The translations under genes were made by a program, and so were the position numbers. DNA of 64,000 nucleotides from Spirochaetia bacterium. GTDB taxonomy: Bacteria > Spirochaetota > Spirochaetia > CAKZLE01. Of the stretch, positions 30,666-39,989 are shown one piece after another. The first letter of the stretch is position 1; every line of letters begins with the position of its first letter. Below the pieces are notes generated by a model that had not been told where the DNA came from, did no database searches, and saw only the letters and a list, made by a program, of their open reading frames with translations. The stretch is from contig OY782041.1 in the NCBI GenBank assembly GCA_963677595.1, positions 2,176,001-2,240,000 on the forward strand. Direction: 5' to 3'.

Positions 30666-33119
30666 ATGATGAACAAAAAAATTGTAATAATATGTACCAT
30701 CATTCTTATTCTTGTAGGAATAGCCAGTTGTGATCTGTTTTCATTAAACGAATGGTTTGATTTTCCTACAGAAGCAGTTATAACAATCGATGATTCAACA
30801 GTCCCAATTATTGGAGATTCTATTACCCTAGATGGTAGTTCGAGCAAATGTGGTATGAATGAATCATTAATCTATAATTGGGAGGTAATACAAAGACCGT
30901 TAGGTTCTGTTGCCACACTAGAACAAACTACTGCACAGCAATCCTCGTTAATTCCTGATTATGCAGGAACATATATAATTAGATTAACCGTAGTAGATGA
31001 TGATGAAGATAGCAATAGCTGTAACTATTCAATCGATGTTTCCGCTATTATTACTGCTACAGCTGGAACAGGAGGGAGTATCACCCCCAGTGGTGATGTG
31101 AGTGCTACACAGGGGAGTGATAAAACATTTACGATTACACCAGAAACAGGGTATGAGATAGCAGATGTGTTCGTAGATGGCGAAAGTGTTGGAGCTGTTA
31201 CGAGTCATACCTTCGATGATGTAACTGAGAACCATACGATAAGTGCAACATTCTCATTGGTAGATTATGTAATTACTGCTTCAGCCGGAACAGGAGGGAG
31301 TATCAATCCGAGCGGAGATGTGAGTGTAACGCATGGGGATGATAAGACATTCACCATTACACCAGAAACAGGGTATGAGATAGCAGATATCATAGTGGAT
31401 GATAGCGGCATAGGTGTTGTATCTACTTACACCTTCTCAGAAGTTTCAGAAAACCATACAATCAGTGCAACATTTGTGCAGAGTGAATTCACGATTACAT
31501 TTGTTAAGAATTCAACTGATGCAACTGGTACTATGTCTCCAGAATCAGTAACAAGTGGTGATACCATCTCTCTCCCTGCTGTTGGATATACGAGATCAGG
31601 GTATACCTTCTCTGGATGGGCAACGAGTTCTGTAGGAACCGTAGTATATACTGATCAGGCGTCATATACGATGGGATCATCAGATGTAACGCTATATGCC
31701 GTTTGGCAGAGTACCGTTCAATATATGGTAAGTTTCGATAAGAATGATAGTGCAGCAACAGGAAGCATGTTAAGCCAATGGATTACGCAAGGGCAGACTG
31801 AGAATCTTGATCCCAACGGGTATAGTAAGGAAGGTTGGTCATTCGTAGGTTGGTCTATGACAAGTAGTGGGAGTATTGCATATGTTGATCAAGCCCCATT
31901 TACCATGGGAAGTAATCATGTACCTTTGTATGCTTTATGGAAAATAAATGATTATACTATAACCTTTGATAAAAATGACGAGTTAGCTGAAGGAGAGATG
32001 GAAGATCAAGAAATTATATATGGTGAGACAGAAAATCTTAATGCAAATGTTTTAAGTAGAAAAGGATATAGTTTTTCAGGGTGGTCAACCACACCTGATG
32101 GGGGAATTGAGTATACAGACCAATCTGAGTTTACCATGGGATCAGCAGATTTAACACTCTATGCACAATGGGAAGCAAATGATTATATTATTTCATTTAA
32201 TCCTGAAGGGGGTTCTTTAACAACCTCAAGTACAAAGATAGTTATCTATGATAATAATTATGGAGATTTACCAGAGACTTCGAAAATAGGGTATAGTTTT
32301 TTAGGTTGGTGGTCAGAACCCCTTGGCGAAGGGTATGAAATAACAAATTCAACTTTAGTAAAGATTGAAGCGAATCATGAATTCTATGCATTATGGCAAG
32401 CAAATACCTTTCTGGTAAGTTTTAATCCTGATAAAGGCAGTAATACAAATCCTATAAAAATTTCGGTAGCATTTGATTCTCTTTATGGTCCTTTACCAAT
32501 TACTACTAGGGACGGATATGATTTTGGTGGTTGGTGGACAGGTGTAAATGGATCTGGTCTGGAAATTACAGAAGATTCAATAGTGTTAATAACAGAGGAC
32601 ACAACACTATATGCAAATTGGAGTGTTGTTGGGAATTTAGGTCCTGCAGGTGGGGTTGTTTTTTACGATAAAGGGGTTTATATAGATGGTTGGAGATATC
32701 TAGAATGTGCAACTTTGGGGTGGTATAAAGGAGGTAGTGACCCCTCAGTTGTATGGGGGAAGTTTGGGGCATATGTACAAAATACACAAACTGCAATTGG
32801 GTATGGTGATTATAATACACAACGGATAATCAGTACAAATCAATTAAACTTGAGTATTTTTGCAGCAAAAATATGTGATGACTATTCTGTTATTAATGAT
32901 GCTATTATCTATAATGATTGGTTTCTTCCTTCTAAGGATGAATTGGAATTGATGTACATCAATAGAGCGATTATTGGGAGTTTCTCTGCAGAAGCATATT
33001 GGAGTTCTTCAGAATTTGACTGTAATAGTGCTTGGATACAGGTATGGGATAGAAATTATCAATACTATAATTATAAAGATAAATTAAACTATGGGATAAG
33101 ACCAATAAGAGCTTACTAA
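30666..33119 (+). CDS. Repeat-stalk surface lipoprotein 4 (2 x 74-aa repeats, 5 Flg_new-like, lectin-like tip)
   Basis: Lipobox IASC; five G(Y/W).F.GW...LYA.W repeats; tip DWFLPSKDEL..YWSSSE..IRPIRAY. Confidence 0.85.
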   Translation: MMNKKIVIICTIILILVGIASCDLFSLNEWFDFPTEAVITIDDSTVPIIGDSITLDGSSSKCGMNESLIYNWEVIQRPLGSVATLEQTTAQQSSLIPDYAGTYIIRLTVVDDDEDSNSCNYSIDVSAIITATAGTGGSITPSGDVSATQGSDKTFTITPETGYEIADVFVDGESVGAVTSHTFDDVTENHTISATFSLVDYVITASAGTGGSINPSGDVSVTHGDDKTFTITPETGYEIADIIVDDSGIGVVSTYTFSEVSENHTISATFVQSEFTITFVKNSTDATGTMSPESVTSGDTISLPAVGYTRSGYTFSGWATSSVGTVVYTDQASYTMGSSDVTLYAVWQSTVQYMVSFDKNDSAATGSMLSQWITQGQTENLDPNGYSKEGWSFVGWSMTSSGSIAYVDQAPFTMGSNHVPLYALWKINDYTITFDKNDELAEGEMEDQEIIYGETENLNANVLSRKGYSFSGWSTTPDGGIEYTDQSEFTMGSADLTLYAQWEANDYIISFNPEGGSLTTSSTKIVIYDNNYGDLPETSKIGYSFLGWWSEPLGEGYEITNSTLVKIEANHEFYALWQANTFLVSFNPDKGSNTNPIKISVAFDSLYGPLPITTRDGYDFGGWWTGVNGSGLEITEDSIVLITEDTTLYANWSVVGNLGPAGGVVFYDKGVYIDGWRYLECATLGWYKGGSDPSVVWGKFGAYVQNTQTAIGYGDYNTQRIISTNQLNLSIFAAKICDDYSVINDAIIYNDWFLPSKDELELMYINRAIIGSFSAEAYWSSSEFDCNSAWIQVWDRNYQYYNYKDKLNYGIRPIRAY

Positions 33120-33147
33120 AAGTGTTATCAAAATGAAGAACAAAATC

Positions 33148-33197
33148 TGTATCAATTACGTCCATGAAACACATCTTAAGTAGACAAAATTGATACA
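33148..33197. repeat. Symmetric att-like site (15-bp inverted arms, central CA)
   Basis: TGTATCAATTACGTC-N9-CA-N9-GACAAAATTGATACA; the right arm matches the sequence after the tRNA. Confidence 0.75.
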
Positions 33198-33203
33198 ATT
33201 CAG

Positions 33204-33238
33204 AAAAGCCGGTTTCTCTTAGTGAAGATCGGTTTTTT
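33204..33238 (+). terminator. Rho-independent terminator, homologous to the one after the tRNA
   Basis: AAAAGCCGGTTT...AGATCGGTTTTTT. Confidence 0.65.
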
Positions 33239-33355
33239 CTATATCTTTTCCGTTTGTTCTTTCCCTATCCCCCAGATTTCCTCACTGAACCAAAAAAAAG
33301 AAAGAGGCATTTTGCAGGTTACATATTAGTATTGTTCTAGGAATCTGCATATGGG

Positions 33356-33468
33356 TGAATACGTATACAAGATTGTGGTAATTTGGTTGTATTTTTAGAA
33401 AAATACAAAAAATAAGTTTGACAATCATGGTATTCAATGGTAATGTTCAGTTAATGAATACGTATACA
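33356..33468 (+). promoter_or_regulatory. Promoter flanked by two LacI-type operators
   Basis: TTGACA (33418) - 17 nt - TAATGT (33441); TGAATACGTATACA at 33356 and 33455. Confidence 0.8.
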
Positions 33469-33512
33469 TTACAAATTGCAGTTATGTATTCTGATTTCAA
33501 AAGGAGAGAGTT

Positions 33513-34121
33513 GTGATAAAAAACATATTCAAATGGTTGGATATTAACTTTGAACCTGTTTGTATGGCAGTCTTGTTCTATGCAATCACGTTACTGGTTA
33601 CCCTACAGGTTATCCTGCGATTTGTATTCTCAACCGGGTTTTCTTGGGGCGAAGAGGTTGCAAGGTTCCTGTTTGTCTGGTTGATGTATTTCAGTATTGC
33701 CTATGCCACACGCAATCAACGGCATATCAGGGTGGCGTTCCTGGTCCAGAGATTCGGGGAAAAGGGTCATAAGATCTTTCTGATTCTGGGAGACATCATC
33801 TTTTTGATTTTCTCAGTGTTTATTTTCCTTTCTGCCATCAAAGTCTGTCAGTCAGTCTTCAAGTACCAGGATATGGCAGTAACCATCAATGTGTCGCTGA
33901 ATATTGTGTACGCTGCAGGGGTAGTTGGATTCTTCCTGATCCTTATCAGGCTTGTCCAGTCTATCATCTGGAAGATCAGGCACTTCAGTGATTCCATGGA
34001 TGTGTTCGAGAACTATGCAGGTGTCTATTCCGGTGCTGACAATGTCTTCTTCTTCCAGAAAACGAAGTTGAAGGAAGCCGCTTCGACAGAACCTGCTGAA
34101 TTACAGAGGGAGGCTGAGTAA
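33513..34121 (+). CDS. dctQ: TRAP transporter small permease
   Basis: QVILRFVF...WGEEVARFLFVW...HIRV; 4 TM segments. Confidence 0.92.
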   Translation: MIKNIFKWLDINFEPVCMAVLFYAITLLVTLQVILRFVFSTGFSWGEEVARFLFVWLMYFSIAYATRNQRHIRVAFLVQRFGEKGHKIFLILGDIIFLIFSVFIFLSAIKVCQSVFKYQDMAVTINVSLNIVYAAGVVGFFLILIRLVQSIIWKIRHFSDSMDVFENYAGVYSGADNVFFFQKTKLKEAASTEPAELQREAE

Positions 34122-35407
34122 TGGTCGGATTATTATTTGGTTCTTTGATACTGATGCTGCTGCTTTCGGTACCAATCGGTATCTCATTGGGTGCAGCTTC
34201 CATGCTCACGATTTTTACTACAGATCCTATCAGTCTTGAGTCCTTCACACAGACAATGATTCAGGGACTGAACTCATTCCCGCTCATGGCAGTACCGCTA
34301 TTTACTTTTGCCGGTGATATCATGGGTAAGGGAGGAATCTCCAAGAGACTATTGAATGTGACGGGCATCATGTTCGGTCGATTCAAGGGGGGGCTCGGCG
34401 TCGTTTCTATCGTTGCCTGTCTGTTCTTTGCTGCGATCTCAGGTACCGGTTCTGCAACAGTAGCGGCTATCGGACTGATCATGATCCCGAATATGGTGGA
34501 TAAGGGATATGACAGGACCTTCTCAGGAGCTTTGATTGCAACAGCTGGAACCGTAGGAGTTATCATCCCGCCAAGTATCTGTATGGTCATTTATGCTGTT
34601 GCTTCCGGAGTATCAGTTACCGGTATGTTCATGGCCGGGATCGGTCCTGGTATTCTTGTAGGAATTGCTTTGGCAGTCTATACCGTGATCTACTCCACAA
34701 GAAAAGGATATGAAGGGGATCCGAAAAGGTACTCAGTCAAGGAAGTAGTTACGATCTTTGTTGATGCTATCCCGGCACTGCTGGTTCCTGTTATCGTCCT
34801 GGGAGGTATCTACGGTGGAGTTTTCACTCCGACAGAGGCTGCTGCCGTTGCCGCAGTATATGGAATCATTGTAAGCGTGTTCGTCTATAAGGAAGTCAAG
34901 ATCAAGGAATTACCCCAGATCGGATTCAATTCAGCGCTCCTGTGTGCAGCAGTGCTTGTTATCATCGGTATTTCAGCAGGGTTCGGGCGAATTCTTACGA
35001 TTACCGGGATCCCTGTGACCATAGCGAACTTCATCTTGGACATTACTCAGAGCAAGTTCCTGATCCTTCTTTTCATCAATATCATGTTGCTGATCGTAGG
35101 GACATTCATGGAGACCAATGCATCTATCATCATCCTGGTCCCGATCTTGCTGCCGGTAGTGACAGCACTTGGGGTCAATCCTATCCACTTCGGTGTGATC
35201 ATGGTACTCAACCTTGCGATCGGATTCGTCACACCTCCGTTAGGGGCGAACCTCTTCATGGCATGCCAGATCGGCCGTATCAAATTCGATGATATTGCCA
35301 GATCTATCGTACCCTGGATCCTTGTCATGATCGTGGTCCTGATGTTGGTGACCTATATCCCGGTAATCACATTGGGATTACCCAAGTTGATGGGTATCCC
35401 GGTCTGA
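34121..35407 (+). CDS. dctM: TRAP transporter large permease
   Basis: FAAISGTGSATVAAIG, IIPPSI, GVFTPTEAAAV, TPPLGANLF. Confidence 0.95.
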   Translation: MVGLLFGSLILMLLLSVPIGISLGAASMLTIFTTDPISLESFTQTMIQGLNSFPLMAVPLFTFAGDIMGKGGISKRLLNVTGIMFGRFKGGLGVVSIVACLFFAAISGTGSATVAAIGLIMIPNMVDKGYDRTFSGALIATAGTVGVIIPPSICMVIYAVASGVSVTGMFMAGIGPGILVGIALAVYTVIYSTRKGYEGDPKRYSVKEVVTIFVDAIPALLVPVIVLGGIYGGVFTPTEAAAVAAVYGIIVSVFVYKEVKIKELPQIGFNSALLCAAVLVIIGISAGFGRILTITGIPVTIANFILDITQSKFLILLFINIMLLIVGTFMETNASIIILVPILLPVVTALGVNPIHFGVIMVLNLAIGFVTPPLGANLFMACQIGRIKFDDIARSIVPWILVMIVVLMLVTYIPVITLGLPKLMGIPV

Positions 35408-35447
35408 CCGGGAACCGCTGATTATAATAGTGTTAATCGTCAGAACT

Positions 35448-35461
35448 TGTATACGTATACA
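35448..35461. promoter_or_regulatory. LacI-type operator
   Basis: Perfect palindrome TGTATACGTATACA upstream of dctP. Confidence 0.75.
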
Positions 35462-35510
35462 TTTTCTGAAAGGACAGTATGTCCTTAGATAAAAAATGGA
35501 GGAGAGAATT

Positions 35511-36527
35511 ATGAAGAAAATGCTAGGAATCATGTTAGTACTGCTCATGGTAGCCATGACAGGGCTGGTCGCAAACGGACAGCAGGAAGGTGCAGCAGAG
35601 AAGATCGTGATCAAGTTAGGACATGATAATAATGTACAGACACCTGGACATGCAGCATTCGTCAAATTTAAAGAGATCGTAGAGACAGAATCAGAAGGTC
35701 GGATAGAAGTTAAGATCTTCCCCGGTGGACAGCTTGGATCCGTACAGGATATGTTCGAGCAAACTCGACGAGGTGACCTTGACATGAGTGTTGGGGCAAC
35801 CACACTGTTCACACAGACCATTCCTGAATTTGCTGTATGGGATTCATTCTATATGTTTGATGATGCAGCGCATGCTCACAGAGTCCTTGACGGCAAGGCT
35901 GGACAGGAGTTGATGAAACCCCTTGATAAGATGAATCTTGTTGGACTGGGGTACATGGAGATCGGATTCAGGAATTTCTCGAACTCTAAACGACCGATCG
36001 TGAATCCTGCGGATGTGAAGGGATTGAAGATTCGAGGTTACAGCCCGATGCAGATTGCAGCCTGGGAATCTGTAGGATGTTCTCTTACCAACCTCTCATG
36101 GTCGGAAGTGTTCACATCACTTCAGCAAAATCTGATCGACGGTCAGGAATGTGCCACAACAAGCTTCTACAGCGCTAAATTCTATGAAGCACAGAAATAC
36201 TGGTCTCTCACACGCCATGTATACACCAACTGGCTGTGGTATGCAAATAAAGATTTCATGAATGGTCTTTCTGAAGCTGATCGGGCACTAGTTGAGAGCG
36301 CTGCGAAGAGAGCAATCGATGAGGATAGAAAACTAATGGCTGCTGCTGAGAAAGAGACCCTTGATAAGCTCCCAGGACTTGGAATCGAAGTGCAGGAAGT
36401 ACCGCTTGAGACGAGGCTTGCAATGGGTAAAACAATGAATGCGGCAGTAGGTGATCAGATCATCGCTAAGTGCGGACAGGATATCTATGACATGGTCATG
36501 GAAGAGATCAAGAAAGAGCGACAGTAA
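35511..36527 (+). CDS. dctP: TRAP substrate-binding protein
   Basis: Signal peptide; IFPGGQLG, GFRNF, KGLKIR (carboxylate-binding Arg), SLQQNLIDGQE. Confidence 0.93.
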   Translation: MKKMLGIMLVLLMVAMTGLVANGQQEGAAEKIVIKLGHDNNVQTPGHAAFVKFKEIVETESEGRIEVKIFPGGQLGSVQDMFEQTRRGDLDMSVGATTLFTQTIPEFAVWDSFYMFDDAAHAHRVLDGKAGQELMKPLDKMNLVGLGYMEIGFRNFSNSKRPIVNPADVKGLKIRGYSPMQIAAWESVGCSLTNLSWSEVFTSLQQNLIDGQECATTSFYSAKFYEAQKYWSLTRHVYTNWLWYANKDFMNGLSEADRALVESAAKRAIDEDRKLMAAAEKETLDKLPGLGIEVQEVPLETRLAMGKTMNAAVGDQIIAKCGQDIYDMVMEEIKKERQ

Positions 36528-36542
36528 CGTAAAGTATGTATG

Positions 36543-36577
36543 CCCGTATCCTTTCAAGATGACAGAAGGGATACGGG
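36543..36577. terminator. Hairpin after dctP
   Basis: CCCGTATCCTTTC...GAAGGGATACGGG; no clear U-tract. Confidence 0.5.
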
Positions 36578-36723
36578 AAGAGAAATGGTCAGCTGAGCCT
36601 GGAATAGATGAAATTACATAGGGCTTACGGGTACAGGCTCAGTTAGTTTGAGTTAAAGGCATGAATTTTTCCTCCTACTATATAGCCGTTTTAGTGAAGA
36701 TAGTGTAGCATAGAGGTGATTTT

Positions 36724-37785
36724 TTGATGGAAGTAAAGAGAAAGATGGTCAAAAGGAAAACCAGACAGCGTAGGGTCTCTTCAGTTGATGTTGCTAAAGA
36801 GGCTGGTGTTTCACAGGCAACAGTATCCCGTGTCTTCAACAACAAGAAGGGCACGAATGTATCGGAGGAAACTGTTGAGAAGATCATGGCTGCAGCGAAA
36901 AAACTCAATTACCGTCCATCTGTTATTGCCAGGAGTCTGCAGGAGAACTCAACCAATATCATCGGGATCATAAATCGAAGATTCGACAGCTCCTTCCATA
37001 TGAAGTCGTTGGATCTGTTCTCGCAGGAGCTTCAGAAATTAGGATATTCAACATTGCTGTTGAATCTCCCTTCAGACGGGAGCATGGATTCAGCCCTTCA
37101 TAAGGCACTAGAATACCAGGTGGATGGGATTATCCTGACTTCTGTCAAGCTCTCCTCCCATCTGGTTGAGGAATGTATTCACTACGATACGCCAGTTGTG
37201 CAGTTCAACCGATATTCAATCTATCAGGATGTTGATTCCGTATGTCTTGATAACTATAAGGCTAGTGCAGAAGTTGGCAATTATCTTGTCGAGACAGGAC
37301 ATACAAAGATCGCGTATGTTTCAGGTAATGCTGAATCCTCCACAAGTATCGATCGTAAGAAAGGGTTGGAACACAGTCTTCAGCGTGTCGACCTTCCTAT
37401 ATATTGTGAGCATATTGGAAGATTGACCCATGAATCGGGCTGTGACGCAGCTGATGTATTCTTTAAGGATAAAGACAAAGCTGATTGGCCAGATGCAGTC
37501 TTCTGTATCACGGATGATGTGGCTACTGGGTTTATTGACCAGGCCCGAAGCGTATATGGTGTGAAGATACCAGAAGATGTATCTATTGTCGGGTTCGATG
37601 ATGCTCCGATTTCCAGGTGGCCGCAATATGACCTGACAACTGTCTCACAGCCGATTGAGACGATGGTGCTTGATGCCCTGGAGATCCTTCTGGATCTGAT
37701 CCAGTTTGAGAAATCCGGAGTTATTAAGAAGATGATACCTGGTACTCTCGTAAAGAGATCTACTGTCAAAGAGAGAAATAAATAA
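36724..37785 (+). CDS. LacI family transcriptional regulator
   Basis: DVAKEAGVSQATVSRV, YRPSVIARSL, IPEDVSIVGFDD, LTTVSQP. Confidence 0.95.
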   Translation: MMEVKRKMVKRKTRQRRVSSVDVAKEAGVSQATVSRVFNNKKGTNVSEETVEKIMAAAKKLNYRPSVIARSLQENSTNIIGIINRRFDSSFHMKSLDLFSQELQKLGYSTLLLNLPSDGSMDSALHKALEYQVDGIILTSVKLSSHLVEECIHYDTPVVQFNRYSIYQDVDSVCLDNYKASAEVGNYLVETGHTKIAYVSGNAESSTSIDRKKGLEHSLQRVDLPIYCEHIGRLTHESGCDAADVFFKDKDKADWPDAVFCITDDVATGFIDQARSVYGVKIPEDVSIVGFDDAPISRWPQYDLTTVSQPIETMVLDALEILLDLIQFEKSGVIKKMIPGTLVKRSTVKERNK

Positions 37786-37835
37786 ATTCATGATGTGATT
37801 ATGGAACGTGGGAAAGAGAGTTTTACTAAATACGA

Positions 37836-37849
37836 TGTATACGTATACA
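37836..37849. promoter_or_regulatory. LacI-type operator
   Basis: TGTATACGTATACA upstream of the transaldolase operon. Confidence 0.75.
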
Positions 37850-37881
37850 TTGTGTTGTTTGATGATTACAAGGAGAAGTAA

Positions 37882-38928
37882 ATGAAAAAGAGCTATTTTC
37901 ACCGAGTGACAGAACAGAGCCCGACACGGTTCTGGATCAATAACGTGACTCGAGAAGAGGCGGATGTGGCCCTTGAGGCAGGTGCAGTCGGCTGTACCCA
38001 GAACCCGTCATATGTCTACAAGATGCTCGTGCATGAAAAAGAGCAGGCATATGCCTACGGGAAGCTGGATGCGATCCTGGCAGAGGAATCAGACGATGAG
38101 ATGGTACAGGAGATTCTCCAGCAGCAGTTGGTAGGTGAGGTGGCCAAACACTTCCTCCCGCTGTTTGAGGCATCGAAGGGCCGGTACGGGTATGTTAGCG
38201 TACAGGGGAACCCCTTCAAGGAGGATGTCGGGAACATCATCCGTAATGCCCGGATGAACCGGGAAGCCGGGCCGAACATCATGGCGAAAGTCCCGGTGAC
38301 CGAGGATGGACTGAAAGCGATCGAGGTCCTGATCGCAGAAGGGACCCCTATCAACGCCACCGAGGTGATGGGTGTGAGACAGGCGATGGATGTCTGTGAT
38401 GTCTATGACAAGGCAGCGTCAACGATGGAGAACCCGCCGGCAGTCTTCTTCTCACATATCACGGGGATCTATGATGAGTACTTGCAGGGGTATGTGAAGG
38501 AGAAGGGCATCGAGATCAGTGAGGATGTGATGTGGCAGGCCGGGATGGTCATCGCGAAGAAGGTGTACAAACTGACGAAGGAGCGGAACAGTGGGGTCGG
38601 CTTCATCGGCGGCGGGGCCAGGGGGCTGCAGCACTTCACCGAGATGGTGGGAGCTGACTGCAATATCACGATCAACTGGAAAGGGACCGCGGACAAGCTG
38701 ATCGAGCAGGACGGCCCGGTGGTTGACCGGTTCCATACCCCGGTGGCTGAAAGCGTTCTCGATGAACTGCTTGAGAAGGTAGAGGATTTCGCGAGAGGGT
38801 GGAAGATCAACGGACTGAGCCCGGAAGAGTATGAGGAGTTCGGACCGGTCGTGCTGTTCAGGAACTCCTTCGAGAAGAACTGGAGCCAGGCTCGGGAGCT
38901 GATCAGGAAAAGAAGATCTGAGAAATAA
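37882..38928 (+). CDS. Divergent transaldolase family protein
   Basis: GCTQNPSY, GYVSVQG, NIMAKVPVTEDGL (Schiff-base Lys), INAT; WINN replaces the usual D motif. Confidence 0.85.
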   Translation: MKKSYFHRVTEQSPTRFWINNVTREEADVALEAGAVGCTQNPSYVYKMLVHEKEQAYAYGKLDAILAEESDDEMVQEILQQQLVGEVAKHFLPLFEASKGRYGYVSVQGNPFKEDVGNIIRNARMNREAGPNIMAKVPVTEDGLKAIEVLIAEGTPINATEVMGVRQAMDVCDVYDKAASTMENPPAVFFSHITGIYDEYLQGYVKEKGIEISEDVMWQAGMVIAKKVYKLTKERNSGVGFIGGGARGLQHFTEMVGADCNITINWKGTADKLIEQDGPVVDRFHTPVAESVLDELLEKVEDFARGWKINGLSPEEYEEFGPVVLFRNSFEKNWSQARELIRKRRSEK

Positions 38929-38983
38929 TATGTCACCAATGACATGAAGAAACATAAACACATAGATTTTTTAGGAGAGAAAT

Positions 38984-39895
38984 ATGAAGAAACAGAATAC
39001 ATTCAAGATGAACAAAAGAGACTCAGTCTGGTTCCAGGAGAACAGTGCCCATGTGAATGCAGCATATGCGAAAGAAGTATGTGATGTGGCGATCCTTCCA
39101 ATCGGTGCAATCGAGCAGCATGGAGCGCACTGTCCATGCGGAATGGACTCCTACAATGCAATTGGTATTGCTGAGAAGGTGGCAGAGGCAACAGGTGCTA
39201 TGTGTCTTCCCAGTCCGATGTATGGTTCACATCCACACCACCATTGGGGAATGCCAGGGACTATCCCCCTTCAGTTTGAGACACATATTGCCCTGCTGAT
39301 GGATATCATCAGGGGGGCTGCAGTATGTGGTTACAACAAGTTCATCATCATTTCGGCTCACGGTCAGGTATCATCAACGATCGTGGCAGTACATAAACTT
39401 GGGATCGAAGGACTCTTCACCATCTCATCAACATGGTATGACTTCCTGCGGGACAACAAGACTGTATTGAAGGATTATATGTGGCATGCGGATGAAGCTG
39501 AAACATCAGTCGGACTGTATCTCTACCCGGATCTGATCCAGATGGACCTTGCAGAAGCAGGTGGCGGGAAAGGACTGGTCGATTCATCATGGAAGATCGC
39601 TCCCGGTGAGGCGGCACTTCCTGGAATGCTCTACCACTTCGAGGGTACGTTTGCGCTCCCTGAAAAAGATGATCTTGAAAACGGTGTAATCGGTGACCCG
39701 ACAAATGCGACAAGGGAGAAGGGTGAGGAACTGATCGAAGGTGTCGTCTCTTACTATTCAAGACTTGTTGAGGAGATAAAGAGTAAGTATGCGGTTGGTA
39801 TCAACCCGCTCGGTTTCAGGAATCCGAATGGATACAACACAACTGCTGACATCGTGTATGACAAGGATCATGATGAGAAAGGGCAGCTGAAATAA
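38984..39895 (+). CDS. Creatininase family hydrolase
   Basis: PIGAIEQHGAHCPCGMD, HH..PGT, AHG, HADEAETS, GVIGDPTNATREKG. Confidence 0.9.
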   Translation: MKKQNTFKMNKRDSVWFQENSAHVNAAYAKEVCDVAILPIGAIEQHGAHCPCGMDSYNAIGIAEKVAEATGAMCLPSPMYGSHPHHHWGMPGTIPLQFETHIALLMDIIRGAAVCGYNKFIIISAHGQVSSTIVAVHKLGIEGLFTISSTWYDFLRDNKTVLKDYMWHADEAETSVGLYLYPDLIQMDLAEAGGGKGLVDSSWKIAPGEAALPGMLYHFEGTFALPEKDDLENGVIGDPTNATREKGEELIEGVVSYYSRLVEEIKSKYAVGINPLGFRNPNGYNTTADIVYDKDHDEKGQLK

Positions 39896-39989
39896 GTGCA
39901 GGTAATGACTGATTCTCTGCTGGGCAGGAAGGATATTCTTGCTCGGTAGAGACAGCTGTCGGGTTGATTCCGATGAGGAAGATGAATCA

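Larger units (their letters stand above)
23359..31480 (+). repeat. Sixteen copies of a 222-nt coding repeat spread over the four genes (4+4+6+2)
   Basis: For example, units starting at 23581 and 23803 are 222 nt apart and nearly identical. Confidence 0.9.
3404..33173. mobile_element. tRNA-Leu-integrated genomic island 1 (decayed)
   Basis: Bounded by CA-N9-GAC(G/A)AAATTGATACA at 3404 and at 33172. Shows an abrupt drop in GC, an IS cluster and a recombinase remnant. Confidence 0.75.

Noticed and set aside
23359-31480. Possible CRISPR or non-coding repeat array
   Set aside because: The repeats are 222-nt in-frame coding units without spacers, and there are no cas genes.
19697-33512. Complete diversity-generating retroelement
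   Set aside because: No reverse transcriptase, Avd-like gene or template repeat is visible in the window.
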